Source of the DNA: Cycas panzhihuaensis
Lineage: Eukaryota; Plantae; Cycadophyta
NCBI GenBank assembly: GCA_023213395.1
Contig: CM041465.1
Span: 232,569,741-232,633,740, forward strand
DNA: 64,000 bases
Direction: 5' to 3'
In this document: positions 1 through 12,000 of the stretch, piece by piece
Numbering within the stretch: the stretch's first letter is position 1
Layout of the letters: each line of letters opens with the position of its first letter
Made by a program: the position numbers and the translations under genes
Notes under the pieces: model-generated
Databases searched by the model: none
Told to the model about the DNA's origin: nothing
The model's input: only the letters and a program-made list of their open reading frames with translations

Positions 1-2
1 GG

Positions 3-629
3 TGGTGATTCTTCCCTTCTCTCCTCCTTCGGGGATGCACTAGGAGTGTCTACTACTGTATTATCCTTCCTAAATAACGGATTCTTAAATGGAGTTTTGA
101 TATGTATAGGTTCTACTACATCTGGCACTTGTATAGTTAATGGTGTCACTGTAATATATGATTGATCAGATCCCTTTTCTGATGAATCCTCAAAAAGCTG
201 TCTTGTGAGCTTATTTTCCCAATATGCTGAGGGACCTTCCTCCGCCTTCTTCTCGCTGTCACTTGGGTCCTTCGAACTGTCCTCCACAGGTATACTTCCC
301 TCTTTTAAAGTTTGTTTGTGTTCCTCATTCACCCTTGATTTTTCTTCATATTCTGGGCTAAACAAATCATCTTTGATGAAATTTGGTGTTAATACCATAC
401 GTTCGCCATTAGTTCCCTCTTCTTGTTCTTGAGGTGTCTGGGCTCCACTTGCCTCAGATCCTTCAACGGACTGTCCCTTAGTCTTGTTGTTCTGCGAACT
501 TAATCTCCTTGCCCTTCTTAGTTTTGATTCCTTCGACCATCTTAATGCCCTTTGTCTGCTGGTTTCCTTCCCTTTGGGTGAAGTATCCTTTTGTGGCTCT
601 TCTGACCTTGAAGGTCTCTTAGGTGGCAT
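3..629 (-). CDS. Partial first ORF (probable gag N-terminus), MPPKRPSRSEEPQKDTSPKGKE..., ~209 codons open to the window edge
   Basis: Hand translation from ATG at 629 finds no stop before position 1 (absent from the ORF track because it has no stop); lies ~130 nt after the PBS; MPPKR start is typical of gypsy gag. Confidence 0.65.
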   Translation of the reverse strand, partial: MPPKRPSRSEEPQKDTSPKGKETSRQRALRWSKESKLRRARRLSSQNNKTKGQSVEGSEASGAQTPQEQEEGTNGERMVLTPNFIKDDLFSPEYEEKSRVNEEHKQTLKEGSIPVEDSSKDPSDSEKKAEEGPSAYWENKLTRQLFEDSSEKGSDQSYITVTPLTIQVPDVVEPIHIKTPFKNPLFRKDNTVVDTPSASPKEERREESP

Positions 630-755
630 TGGAAGGTCCCCTGGCTGCCGGTGGCTTAGTTACAGCCTGCCATCACGACGGTAGCCAGGGTCCTTTGCCC
701 TTTACACATTCCTTTCCTTGAAACTCCTGGGCCATGTCCCTTCTCAATGGACGTA

Positions 756-768
756 GGCAACGGAACCA
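756..768 (-). promoter_or_regulatory. Primer-binding site TGGTTCCGTTGCC (tRNA-Glu-like; related to the Athila tRNA-Asp PBS TGGCGCCGTTGCC)
   Basis: Starts with TGG 1 nt after the LTR end; complementary to a tRNA 3' end GGCAACGGAACCA. Confidence 0.7.
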
Positions 769-769
769 A

Positions 770-1647
770 TGTTGACTGAGGGTGTTCCCACTGCACTTGT
801 GGGAACAATGCACTTGTCAAGATTACACAGGCTATAGCCTAGTTAGGATACGGTCAACATGGTTATTCACATACATTCCACAGATTATTCACAGAATTAT
901 ATCACAATAGTACACAACAGCACAGAAATCAACACATATTCAGCACGTCATCCTTATAAACACAAAGAATACATAGTTTTCCACGTAACTCTTCTTTCCA
1001 TTAAGTAATAAGTTCAATTACACAGAGGGATGGAATGCATTCTTGTGCATTCCAGCAGCATACACTCTTTCGGTTGCATGTGTACCCAGATGGTACTTAT
1101 TAATAAACATTGCTCCAATCGGCTGTCATGCATGCTGGCATCCGTACCATTGCGTACCCTGAATATTTGGCTCTCACCCTTGAGAGTATACACTAGGATT
1201 GAATCACTCGGCTCTCACACTGGAATGGTCCTCAAAGCACCATTAAATATGTCCCTTTGATGCCTTTTGGGTGAAAGGTTATGACCCAAAGTCATAACCA
1301 TACCTTTTTGTCACCAAGATACCCTTTCACTTTAACACTTGATTAAGTCTCCTTAATGGTGTCTTTTCTGATCTGTACATCCGTACATATGTCCTTTTGG
1401 TCTGACGTCATCATTTCTGGGTGCCTTTGGGTCAGATATGTCCATATGTACCTTGCTGTCTGCATGCATACCGAAAAGGTACGTAACCAGGTATGCATCT
1501 TGTACGCATCTGCCATACGTACCCAGATTACATATTTTTCACCTTTTCCCACTATGCATTCCGCATAACTGTACTTGCATTCCTTTGGTCAATACAAGCC
1601 TGTATTCCGTCTTCCTCAAGGTCTATGTGTCATAATATGTCCCAACA
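770..1647 (-). repeat. 5' LTR of the gypsy-like element (LTR family G1)
   Basis: TGTTGAC...CCCAACA termini; both boundaries coincide with the solo LTR at 58004-58905. Confidence 0.85.
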
Positions 1648-1649
1648 CC

Positions 1650-2700
1650 ATCTCCAAACACCACATCCCTTTTTCAATCAACTAACTCACTCATTAATCA
1701 ATCTCATCAAATTTTCTCATGTCTCATGTTCCTTACATCACTGATTTCATCATCACATCATTGCCTTATGCATTTCACATATTGCCAAATAGTCACATAC
1801 AAAGAATATCTGAAACACTTACTTCACCATAAAATCAAAGCTTATACCACATATATCTCACAAAAATCATGCACACATCATGTCACCATTAAATTGCCAA
1901 GACACACACACTTCACTTAATTGCCCAAAACGCAACTCATGCCAATACACTTGCAACTCAGTTAACTTCAACAAAAAACTCATCCTTCTTTGCCCATTCA
2001 GTCAATTAAAACACATGATCAAACTTGCGTAATCTCATCCTTAAAACATGCCAGTAACCTCACATGCAACAAGCACCTTACTATCTTAAATCACCATTTT
2101 TCTTGCCCTTAAATTTGCCTTATCATGGCCATAAGCCTTTTTCACATTAATCGCATTCCAAGGAGCACTTAATTACTATAAGTCACATGCATTATCACTT
2201 CATTATGTTACAATATCTCTCTCATACAAACATATGTAAGAAAGCACTCAAACTGTCATTAAACAATCACCATCATGCACCACAAATCACTAATAGAGTG
2301 TCAAATACATTCACCTCAACATGATTTAATATCGTCTCACATCGTAAAAGTACTATCCCATGTACAACATACACAAAAGAGTTTCAAATAGTCACCTCAT
2401 ATCGCAACATTACCCAAAATTCTTTCATGTAGGTTACTTGTTAGAAACATATAGTTGCCTTACTCATACAATTGTATGCAAGAGAATAATGTAAAGCTTT
2501 AAACTTCATTTCATATCACCCATCCTGCCACCAATACGCTTGCATACAAGGAATATTTAAATGCCTTAAAGTCATCAATACCCCATAGCCTCATATATTG
2601 ACAAGCAACCTTTGGGCTAATTACTCAACATTGGCAAGAATTGGATCAAATTTAAACTTCAACTATCTCTTAACTAGCCACTTATAGGAGTGTCATATTG
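1650..2700 (-). pseudogene. Heavily eroded PLS/E-class PPR gene relic
   Basis: Ordered minus-strand remnants: SAFLHMF (cf. NALIDMY); in-frame WNAINVKKAYGHDKA...VLVACEVTGMF*G (cf. WNAMI..HG.G.EA...VLSACSHAGL..G); YV..FGNM and DVRNM (E domain); LKKGCGVW (cf. KK.PG.SW); strong G depletion on the + strand. Confidence 0.4.
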
Positions 2701-2899
2701 ACTCATTACCATCAAAAATTCTTAAAGTATAAAAGAAACTTATGAAGATGCGAGTTCTGTGATTATATACGACGCTCTTGTAACATAGATGTGCCACTCC
2801 GGAAAATTAAAGGCCATTAACGGGCCACGTAAACAATTAGCGTTGGCTACGCTTGCCCCTGAAACTACACATTTCTCACTTTGGCACTAAGAACAAAGG

Positions 2900-3910
2900 T
2901 GAACTCACCGTCTCAAAACCAAATAGAGCCAGCAACAGAGTTCCTCTAAAAGTGTTTGAATTCTCCCCCAACATAGCGCTTGGCCATCCTCATACGATAT
3001 AGCACAACTACTTCTCAAAACATTATAATTTCACCACAATTCATTCTTAGCAGCACCCACAAACTCTTACCGATTTCAACAGGTACCAACAAAATCCCAA
3101 AATCATCAAGAATCGTATAACATACCAAAAACAGAAAACCAACACTTGCCCTTGCTTCTAAGAATTTTGTATAGTAAGGTCGGCCAATCGAACACCTTAG
3201 AGGTCATGGTTAACAGAAATTACATTACGTAAATAATTGCAAGCGCGCTTTCAAAAGAGTGCAGAACGGTGATTGACAAAGGATATCATGGAGTAAACAT
3301 TCTTCATCAAGCTCTTCAAAATAACAATAGTCTATACCTTCCTCTCCTCCTCTGCAGCACAACTTCTCTATCTTCGTTCTTGAAGCAACAACACCATGGT
3401 TCTCTTCGTGAGGCGGAAATTAATAATGACGTCAGGTAGCAGTTTCAACTGGTTCGTTAAAGCATTTGCCACTACCAACTTTCTGTCATTGCTCCGGAAT
3501 ACTAACAGACCGCAGGCGTCAACCCTAAGTAGCCATGTTCTGCTACCCAATTGCACGCTCCTATTCATCCATCCTCTTACCCTCCATGTTGAATTCGAAT
3601 TTGCTGTATCACAGATGGAGATCATATTTCCGTCATTATTATTATTTCTACCAAATAATATCAATATTTCCTCATCATCGCTACCGTTCCTCAAATTTTT
3701 TGTAAGTCCTCTAATATCTTGTTATGATAGACTATCAGTGACGAAAACTCAGAGTGAATATGTTTTGCAGGGAAGCTCATAGATTGCGTAGAGTTTTGGG
3801 GGCCTGTTGAGATTCAAGATTGAGGTGTTCCTGGAGGAGATCGAGAGGGTTACTAGATGTTCTGGTAGGGTGTTGCACCGTATTTACAGTCTTTCTGAGG
3901 GGAATGACAT
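2900..3910 (-). pseudogene. F-box / F-box-associated-domain gene pseudogene
   Basis: One frame from ATG 3910: MSFPSERL*IRCNTLPEHLV (F-box LPxxL motif) ... GLLVFRSNDRKLVVANALTNQLKLLP (GL...LVV.NPLT...LP motif typical of plant F-box proteins); several in-frame stops; 3' limit approximate. Confidence 0.5.
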
Positions 3911-4559
3911 TTAATAGAGATAACGATGGCACGAGGGGCTAGAAATATCGGATATAGGGTTTCTTTAAGCCTAATATTAGGTTTAAATGCGAAAAATCCT
4001 TGAGAGACTGCCGACTGAGTGTGGGTATGAACAGGATTTTAACTCAATACAATATATCCAAAATAACAATTTAGAATATATATCGATCGACCGACAATTG
4101 ATTTATATATATGTAAACCAACAACTGCGTATATCCAACGACGAGTTTATAAAATTGCTATATATTGGTCGAATAATGTTGAAATAATATCAACACTGAC
4201 AAATGTATAAATGGTTGATCAGACAGAACATATATGTGTCATGGTGATTTTAACGTCTAATTAAAATACGTAGACTTGCAATGCATAGAACAGTGATGAA
4301 TTACAATCACGTAGGGATAAAAAGAACAATGGCGAACACAAATATAAATCAAGTGGAGATATAAAAACCTATGATTGAATACATCATCACAGACAGCCGA
4401 TAATGCAATGCAGATAGCAGTGTAAAATGACACAGATATACAACAACTGAACAAGAAATAAACAGGGTGATAATGATTAACACACAACATTCATATGGGT
4501 AAGGGTGGTAATACCTTGAAAATATTGATGAATTAATGTCGTATTATAAACTTATAGCT

Positions 4560-4909
4560 TTGCAAATATACGCCATCTCTCCACAAATGGGAATTAGGGT
4601 TTCATCAGCCTCACTGAACTAGGCATCACCTCGCTTAACCTTGCTTCACCTCATTCAAGCTCGCAACACCTGGGCGCTCTGATACCATGTTGGAAAATAG
4701 AACCTGCAATAAGATATTGGCAAACAGAACGGAACGCCTCCACAGGGTCAAACGGTACCCTTAAGGTACCTCAATTGTATTAACAAAACATCATTACAAC
4801 ATGATATAATATGATACACAATGTTGTGTATTTATAATACAAGTCATGATGGTGAGAGTGGGACTCACTTGCATGTGGGACAAAACAAATGTGCATTAAT
4901 ATTCCAATA
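4560..4909 (-). mobile_element. Truncated copia-type element: 222-bp 5' LTR (4688-4909), iMet PBS (4676-4687) and short leader; same LTR family as 38327-40227
   Basis: LTR aligns end to end with 40007-40227; GCTCTGATACCA abuts the LTR; no partner LTR seen. Confidence 0.85.
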
Positions 4910-7146
4910 ATTTCTTGCAACTCTTTTCCTTGTTTGTATCTCAACATGTTTTTGAGAACATTGATATGGATAATATCCAGATTATCTACAATGATAATAG
5001 ACATCAGAGGCTTGGCAATCACTTGAAAAATGTCCTTGTCTGCCACAATTAAAATAGACTCTGCAATCTCTAGGTGGAATTGATCTAGTCCTCCTTCTTC
5101 CTTCTTGCCATCTGGCGTGATTGTCTAACAAGTTTCTTCTTTCTGTAGAAGGTGCTCTGAGGAATCTATCATGTCCTTTTGAAGGATACTAACCACAACC
5201 TTGGCTTCCAAGACTAAGCCTGGAGAGAAAGGCTTCCTCTATCTCTGTTTCTTTTTCATACCTTCTATTCCACTGTTGCTGCTGAAGCATGTGCCTTGTT
5301 AAAATCTCAAAGGTCATAGTAGCGGTTTGACCTCCATTGATGAAAGTATTGACCATTCTATCAAAAGACTTTGGTAACTTATTAATGACCAACCAAACAA
5401 GTTCACTATCTGTAATTTTATCTCTTATAGTGACAAGGTCATTTTTAATAGAAGTAACCTTAGAAACAAATTCAGAGACCGATTGCCTTTCCTTCATATG
5501 AAGTTTATAAAGCTCTTCTCTTAAAGCAACTATTCTAACCTCATTTCTTTGGCTAAACAAGGAGGTCATAATCTTTTAGATCTCTATAGAGGAATTCACA
5601 CTATCTGTGTGTGTTAACAAGGAATTAGAGATTCAGAGCTTTAGGGTTGCTATGGCTTGATTATCTGTTTTTTTCCAACTTATCATGTTAACAATGTCTG
5701 TTGGTTTTTGTTCATCTCTATGTTAAACCTTATGTTTACATGTTAAGATATTGTACTTTAATTTTCATGTAATATGTGTACTTTTTACTTTAGGGGTGAC
5801 TTATCACTTAAGTGATAAAGTGCACACCCACATTCTTTCTAGTGACACAATGTTGTCACTAAAGGGTCAAATGGACCCTCATGCATTTTTGCTCACATGA
5901 GAGCCCAAAAGGACACATGTCCAACATGCAAGGCATGTATCTTGGATGTTTGACACTTGTCAAACATCCAAGGCCTTAGGCCTCTCATCTAACTCTATAT
6001 AATGAGACCTCTTCTCATTGTCTCATAAGAGAGTTGGAGCTATATTGTTATGCTATTAGTTTGCTAATCAAATTGCTCATTCTTTGGAGGTTGGACCAAT
6101 TCCAACTCCACATATTGGGTATCATTTTCTCTTGCTCCTTCATTTGTGCTTTGTCTCTTTACTCTCTATTTTCCTTGAGATTATTATACTTGTTTGTATT
6201 TGTGCAACTAGAACTAGAGTGATCCTAGATCTTGGGATTGTTGAGGCCATCTAGCCTCTTTTCACATTTGGTATCAGAGCAAGAGGAGACTAGCTCCCTT
6301 TGTTATGGTTTGCAGCTGCTCAAGGAGATTTGGAGAAAGCCTACAAACACTTGGTGATGACCTTCGCACTCCGAAGGCGATCCAAGGTTTGTTTGAAGTT
6401 TTTTTTGCAGGTTCAAGCCTTTCAAGCTACATTTGCACGCTGGAGCAAGTACATTTCAAATCTGAAATTTTTTTTTAGACTTTTATCAAGAGTGCAACAC
6501 TCACTGTTTTCCAAAAACAGTGATTTTCTCTAATTTTTTCTTTAAAAAAAATTTCTTTTTTGTAAATTCAAGGCAGATCTTAGGAGTTACGTGTTTTTGA
6601 CTAGAAATCAGTTTTTTAATCACTCCATTTAGACTACACTTTATTTATAAATATTCCTCACTATTTTGGGCCATTTTTTCAACTTGCAGAGCAATTTTCT
6701 TGATAAAAATTGGTCATTTCCTTTGGTTTCTACTAGCTGCTCTCTATCTAATTTTCACTGCAGACTTCTGGAGGTGTAGCAAACCCTGCGTGTGTCCCAT
6801 GGAGCTACTCAAGTTGTATTAGAGTTCACGGAAGGAACTCAATATTTTGCTGCAGGTTTTTTGTACCCTGCACAACCGTCACGCTGCCAGTTACTCACAC
6901 TGCCAGTTACTCTAATTTTTTGTTGTGGACTGAAGGATATGGAAGCTTAAGTTGCCTAATACTCCATATTTGGCCCTGTTTTCCATGATTTGTCTCCCTT
7001 TATGAGAGTTGCTTTCATACTTAAAGGTTTAAACTGGTTTTATACCAGTATCTGAAAGTTTAAAACTGTCATATCAGTTCCCATTCTTTCTCCTGCTTTG
7101 CTCCCGCCTCTGCTTCTCCCCCACATTTTTGGTAACTGAGATAGAA

Positions 7147-7373
7147 ACAGATTTCATGTTCACAGTTTTCATGTTCACAGATTTCATGTTCACAGATTTC
7201 ATGTTCACAGATTTCACGTTCACAGTTTTCATGTTCACAGATTTCATGTTCACAGATTTCATGTTCACAGTTTTCATGTTCACAGATTTCATGTTCACAG
7301 TTTTCATGTTCACAGATTTCATGTTCACAGTTTTCATGTTCACAGATTTTATGTTCACAGATTTCATGTTCAT
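7147..7373. repeat. 15-bp minisatellite (ATGTTCACAG[A/T]TTTC) x~15 in the long 5' UTR of copia B
   Basis: Directly visible tandem array. Confidence 0.95.
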
Positions 7374-7480
7374 GTGAGAACTTGAGTTGAAGATTTAGGG
7401 CAGGTTGCCCTTTTCTTATTTGCATTATACTACTCTTTCCTTCCTGAGTTTGGAACTATATAAATATAAGGGAACCACAG

Positions 7481-7579
7481 AAAAGGCTTTATTTCTGTGT
7501 CTGCTGAACTGCTAAAAGGCTTTATTTCTGTGTCTGCTGAACTGCCAAAAGGCTTTATTTCTGTGTCTGCTGAACTACC
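7481..7579. repeat. 33-bp tandem repeat x3 (AAAAGGCTTTATTTCTGTGTCTGCTGAACTGCT)
   Basis: Directly visible. Confidence 0.95.
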
Positions 7580-9057
7580 AAACCAGGGTAAATCTGTTGT
7601 TTGTGTTGAGATCTGTGTTTGTTTATTGTTAGTATGGAAACGATGCGATTCTACAGGAAAAAAAACTGGTGACCAATAGTTGGCAGTACTATCCAAAACT
7701 GTTGGGTCAACCCTACTTTGACTGTGCAAGATAGGCTGAAATGCTGAAATGTGTTCTTAAAGGTAGTAAGCATAATGAATAGAAGACAAGAGCTCTTGGA
7801 CCATCGCTACTGGATCCATGACTTTGTACTGCATGCTGTTTTCTGAAGCTACATGCTACATGGTAAACGCTTGTTGAATAAGATAAAGCAAGTACACATC
7901 AGCTGAATACAGAGCTCTTCTATGGTATTTTCAAGGTTTTCGTCTTGACATGTACTATTAACTTACTCCTCTATTGAATTATATTCTGCAAAAAAAAAAA
8001 AAATACACATTTCAGCCTATGTTTGTTTTGGCTCTTAAAAGTTTTAACACTTAGTTATTTTTGAACAAGTGTTAATTGACTTTAAGAGAAGTGATTTCAA
8101 GTGTTTTTCATATCAAAAAGTGATATTTATCACTAATTTTTAAACACTTTTAAGGCACCTTGCATGGTGACCTAATGCCCTTAGTCTCAAAGAGGGCTCA
8201 AATACACTTTGTACTTAATAAAAATCACTTCTTCTTTTGATCGTTGGGACTAATTTAAAGTCCCAACACTTGGTGCTTGATGTCCATTTTCATGCAAGTG
8301 GTTCTCTTACCTTCATTTTTTCAGCATTAAAAGGAACCCACTTGTATCTTCATCACAAGTTTTGCATTACTTCTTTCAGTACTTGACCTCTTTTTTCAAA
8401 AAGTACTTTGCAAAACTTATTGTAATCAAGCATTTGGTTTCTTACTTGGATCAATAAAGCACTACATTTTCATTAAAGTGCTCATTGTAAAAACACTTCT
8501 AGTGTTCATATTGGTGTACTTACATTGCTTCCTCTTGAAGCCACTTTCCATTGTAAAGTTTATCAGAGCATTTTCATAAGTACATTTTCCAAGCAAAAAG
8601 AAATCTAAGTTCACTTTAAAAACTGCTAAAAAGTGACTTAAAATCTTGTTGGAGAGGCTCGAAAAAGGTTCAAACCTTGCCTCTAAATTAACCTTAAGCT
8701 TGGTGCATTCCCTAGGGGACCAACCGACCGTGTGGTCAGTGCACGACAATTAAGGTTGCTTGAGGGAAAGGAGGTTCGAAAAGGGTGTTATTGAAATGAG
8801 AATTCCAGGAAAGCATGGTACATCCATGCATCAACCCCACCGCCTTTGTCCTAGATTTAACTTGGCCAACTTGGATCTCCTCTAAAAGATCAAAGTTGGA
8901 CCAACTCTATAGCCTAGTCCTCCACCTCATCATTCCATTCATTGTTGGATCTTCTAGTAAGATCGGGATGTTGGTTTCGTTAGAAGGTGGAACTTAAGCT
9001 TACGAAAGCTTTGAGTTTTCAAGTTATCCGCTAGCTTCAAGCCTTTATAATCGAAAC

Positions 9058-12000
9058 ATGGTCGCCATAAACATGCTAAATGCATGCACCATTCGATTAA
9101 CAGGACAAGATAATTATCAAGAATGGAAGAGGCTCACCGTAACTTGCTAATCATGAACGAATTCTGGAGTTATGTTTCTGGGAAATTACCTCGACCAGCA
9201 CCTGTTATCAATGGCGATGCTACTGTGAAACCTGATGATGCTTTACTTGCTGCTTGGGAAGCCAAAGATGAAATTGCTTTGGCATTCCTTCACATGATTG
9301 TTGATGTGCATGTAGATCATAATATTGCTTGTGCTAAAACTTCTAAGGAAGCTTGGGACACTTTGTCCTCATTGTATGAAAGGCAATATGAAGCTCGCAT
9401 TTTAATGGTTAAGGCAAAATTGTATTCTGTTAAGTTTGTCAAGCCCATGCCGGCTTTTCTTTCCTCCATCAAGGAGGTATGTAATGAACTGAATACACTT
9501 GGAAGTCCAGCTACAAGGGATGAATTGATCACATCCATCACCAAAGCCTTATCCAAGGACTACAATGGCTTCATTTCGTCTACTACAAGAGATGGTTCTC
9601 TCAAAACTATGACATTCAACGAATTTGAAAGTCTGCTACTTCAAGAAGCACAAATCTACACTAAGGATAATGAGGAGGAACCATCTACATCAGGTGCATT
9701 CACGGCCAACTCAAAGGCCAAACAACAACCCAAACCTGCACTCTCAAAGGTTTAGAACATGAACATTGGGTCTTCAAGGACCAATGTTGTATGTCATTAT
9801 TGTGGCAAGCCTGGCCACATAGCACCTATTGTTGGAAAAAGCAAGGAGATCTACGCCAGCAGCAGCAGCCACGTCATCCGAATCGGCAAAGAATAGCCAC
9901 GCCAACAAGATTAGCAAAGGTTTCAAAGAAGAGCAACAACAACCCCCTCGACCAAATCGAGGTGCCTATCGAGGAGGTCAAAGAGGAAGGGGGGGTTTCA
10001 GAGGTGGCAATCAATGCCACTCTAATCAGTTTGGAGATGAAGACAAACTGTTTTGTGCATATTAGACATCCAAGGTTGATGAAACTTGGATTATTGATTC
10101 TGGAGCTTCACAACACATGACTGGAAGTGAAGAGCTCCTCACCAACATCAAGGAAGGCAAAGGTCAATCAATGACCTTTGGGAATAATCAATCTGTCAAA
10201 ATTTCAGGAGTAGGCACAATAACTCCATTTTCTTCTTCATCAAATCCTTCCTCCTCATTTCTCGATGGCAATGCCTATTTAATACTTTCAATGGACAAAA
10301 ACTTACTATTTGTTAGCAAGTTGGACAAGCAACAGATGAGTGTATTGTTCCAAAACGGGAAATGTATAATCAGTGACAAAGAAGACCAAGTAGTAGCTGT
10401 TGGTTATGAGGATCAAGGCCTTTACAAGTTGGATGCAAATAATATAACACTTGATTCTGCTTACTTTAGTTCCATTGTCACTCCATACTTGTCCAAGATG
10501 CAACTCTAGCATCAACGTCTAGGCCATTTGAGCTTAGACAATTTGAGGAAGATGATCAACAAGAACATGTTACATGGGCTTCCTAAGATTTATGGAACAA
10601 AATGTCTTTGCGAAGCGTGCATTATGGGAACTCAACATCGCTTGCCTTTCCCTAAAGGCAAAGCGTGGCGTGCATCACATCCTCTGCAGCTAGTACATTC
10701 GATTTGTGGACCTATGTCCACATCATCTTTTGGAGGAGCTTTGTATTACATCTCCTTCATTGATGACTTTTCTCACAAAGTCTGGGTCTATTTCATCAAA
10801 CACAAATCTGAAGCATTTTCCAAGTTCAAAGAATTCAAGTTTGAAGTGGAAAATGAGTCTGGCCATTCAATCAAAACTTTAAGGACAGACAATGGAGGTG
10901 AATTTACATCAAATGAATTCACCCAATACTGCAAGGATAACAACATTCAGAGACAACTGACTATACCTCACACTCCTCAACAAAATGGAGTCCCCGAACA
11001 GATGAACAGAACTTTGGCCAATAAAGCCAAAGCTATGATGCATTCATAAGGACTCACTCGAGCTTACTGGGCAGAAGCATTTCACACAGCTACCTATGTG
11101 GCCAATCGCAGTCCTACTACAACAGTCACCAACATGACACCCAAGGAGGCATGGTTTGGCAAAAAGCCTATTGTCAGCCATTTGAGGATTTTTGGGTGCA
11201 CTGCTTATATGCACATTCCCGATCAGCAAAGGAAGAGATTAGACAAGTATAGTCTGAAATGTATCTTTGTAGGATATGCCATTCACAGCAAAGCCTACAA
11301 GCTGTATGATCCTATAGGGAAAAAAATGCATCTCTCAAGAGATGTCATCTTTGCTGAAGAAGATCACAAAGAGGTGCAAACAACATCCATGCAACCTCCC
11401 GTTGATAAAGGCAAGAAGATTGTTGAGGCCTTCCTTCCCTCTCAATCTTCTACACCATGTACATCATCTGCACCTGCTAGACTGTCTACTTCAACTGAAT
11501 TTGTTTGACTTGATCCAAGCACATCTTCTGTTGACCAACCACTCAGACCAGAAGATCTTGAGGTTCAAGTAACTTCGATTCAAAAGTTACCTAAATGGTA
11601 CACACAAACAGTTCAGGACGGTCACATCATTGAAGGAAAACGTCCATCTAAATATCGGCAGCAAACCAATTATGCACTTATGGCTGAAGTGCTTTGTGTT
11701 GATGAGCCTTCCACTTTTGAGGAGGCTTCTAAAAATGAAAATTAGAAGGCTGCCATGGATGAAAAAATCCATTTTATTGAAAAGAATGGTACTTGGAATT
11801 TGGTTGAATTGCCTAAACAGAAACAGGCAATTAGTTGCAAATGGGTCTACAAGACCAAATTCCATTCTGATGGTTCACTTAAAAGGCAAAAGGCTCGCCT
11901 TGTAGCAAAAAGATTTAAACAAAAGAAGGCATAGACTATGAAGAGACTTTTGCACCAGTGGCGAATATGAATACCATCAGACTCATCTTGGCCTTAGCTA

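Larger units (their letters stand above)
1..1647 (-). mobile_element. 5' part of a Ty3/gypsy-like LTR retrotransposon (5' LTR, PBS, start of first ORF); continues off the left edge
   Basis: 878-bp LTR with TG...CA ends, related to copies at 58004-58905 and ~63111-63919; tRNA-type PBS 1 nt inside; open minus-strand ORF starting MPPKR. Confidence 0.8.

Noticed and set aside
2376-2410. GAGTTTCAA..TCACCTCATATC resembling the Helitron Rep motif EFQ.RG.PH
   Set aside because: Needs indels to fit and no other Rep/helicase motifs are nearby; the PPR interpretation explains more motifs
3368-3910. In-frame TAA/TGA/TAG stops in the F-box-like frame as U-to-C RNA-editing sites
   Set aside because: Such editing is organellar; this is nuclear TE-rich DNA where C>T and G>A decay is pervasive
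3950-4550. AT-rich stretch with scattered CGAC/GTCG motifs and a short palindrome, possibly a DNA-transposon end
   Set aside because: No terminal inverted repeats, TSD or second copy found in the window
6034-6222. Hydrophobic ORFs here and at 13491-13733 and 30469-30847 as env-like or membrane proteins
   Set aside because: They are translations of T-rich LTR R/U5 sequence with non-ATG starts
7069-7425. Cys/His-rich ORF (EHEIC/EHENC repeats) resembling a metal-binding protein, and the overlapping repeat ORFs
   Set aside because: All are translations of a 15-bp minisatellite in a copia 5' UTR; open in three frames simply because the unit lacks stops
7147-7579. Possible CRISPR-like array
   Set aside because: Head-to-tail repeats with no unique spacers, no cas genes, eukaryotic retroelement context
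10507-10509. Same TAG replacing Trp of LWHQRLGH in both family B copies (also 27485-27487), suggesting programmed readthrough
   Set aside because: CTGG>CTAG is a CHG-context deamination hotspot and both copies carry many similar transitions; independent decay explains it
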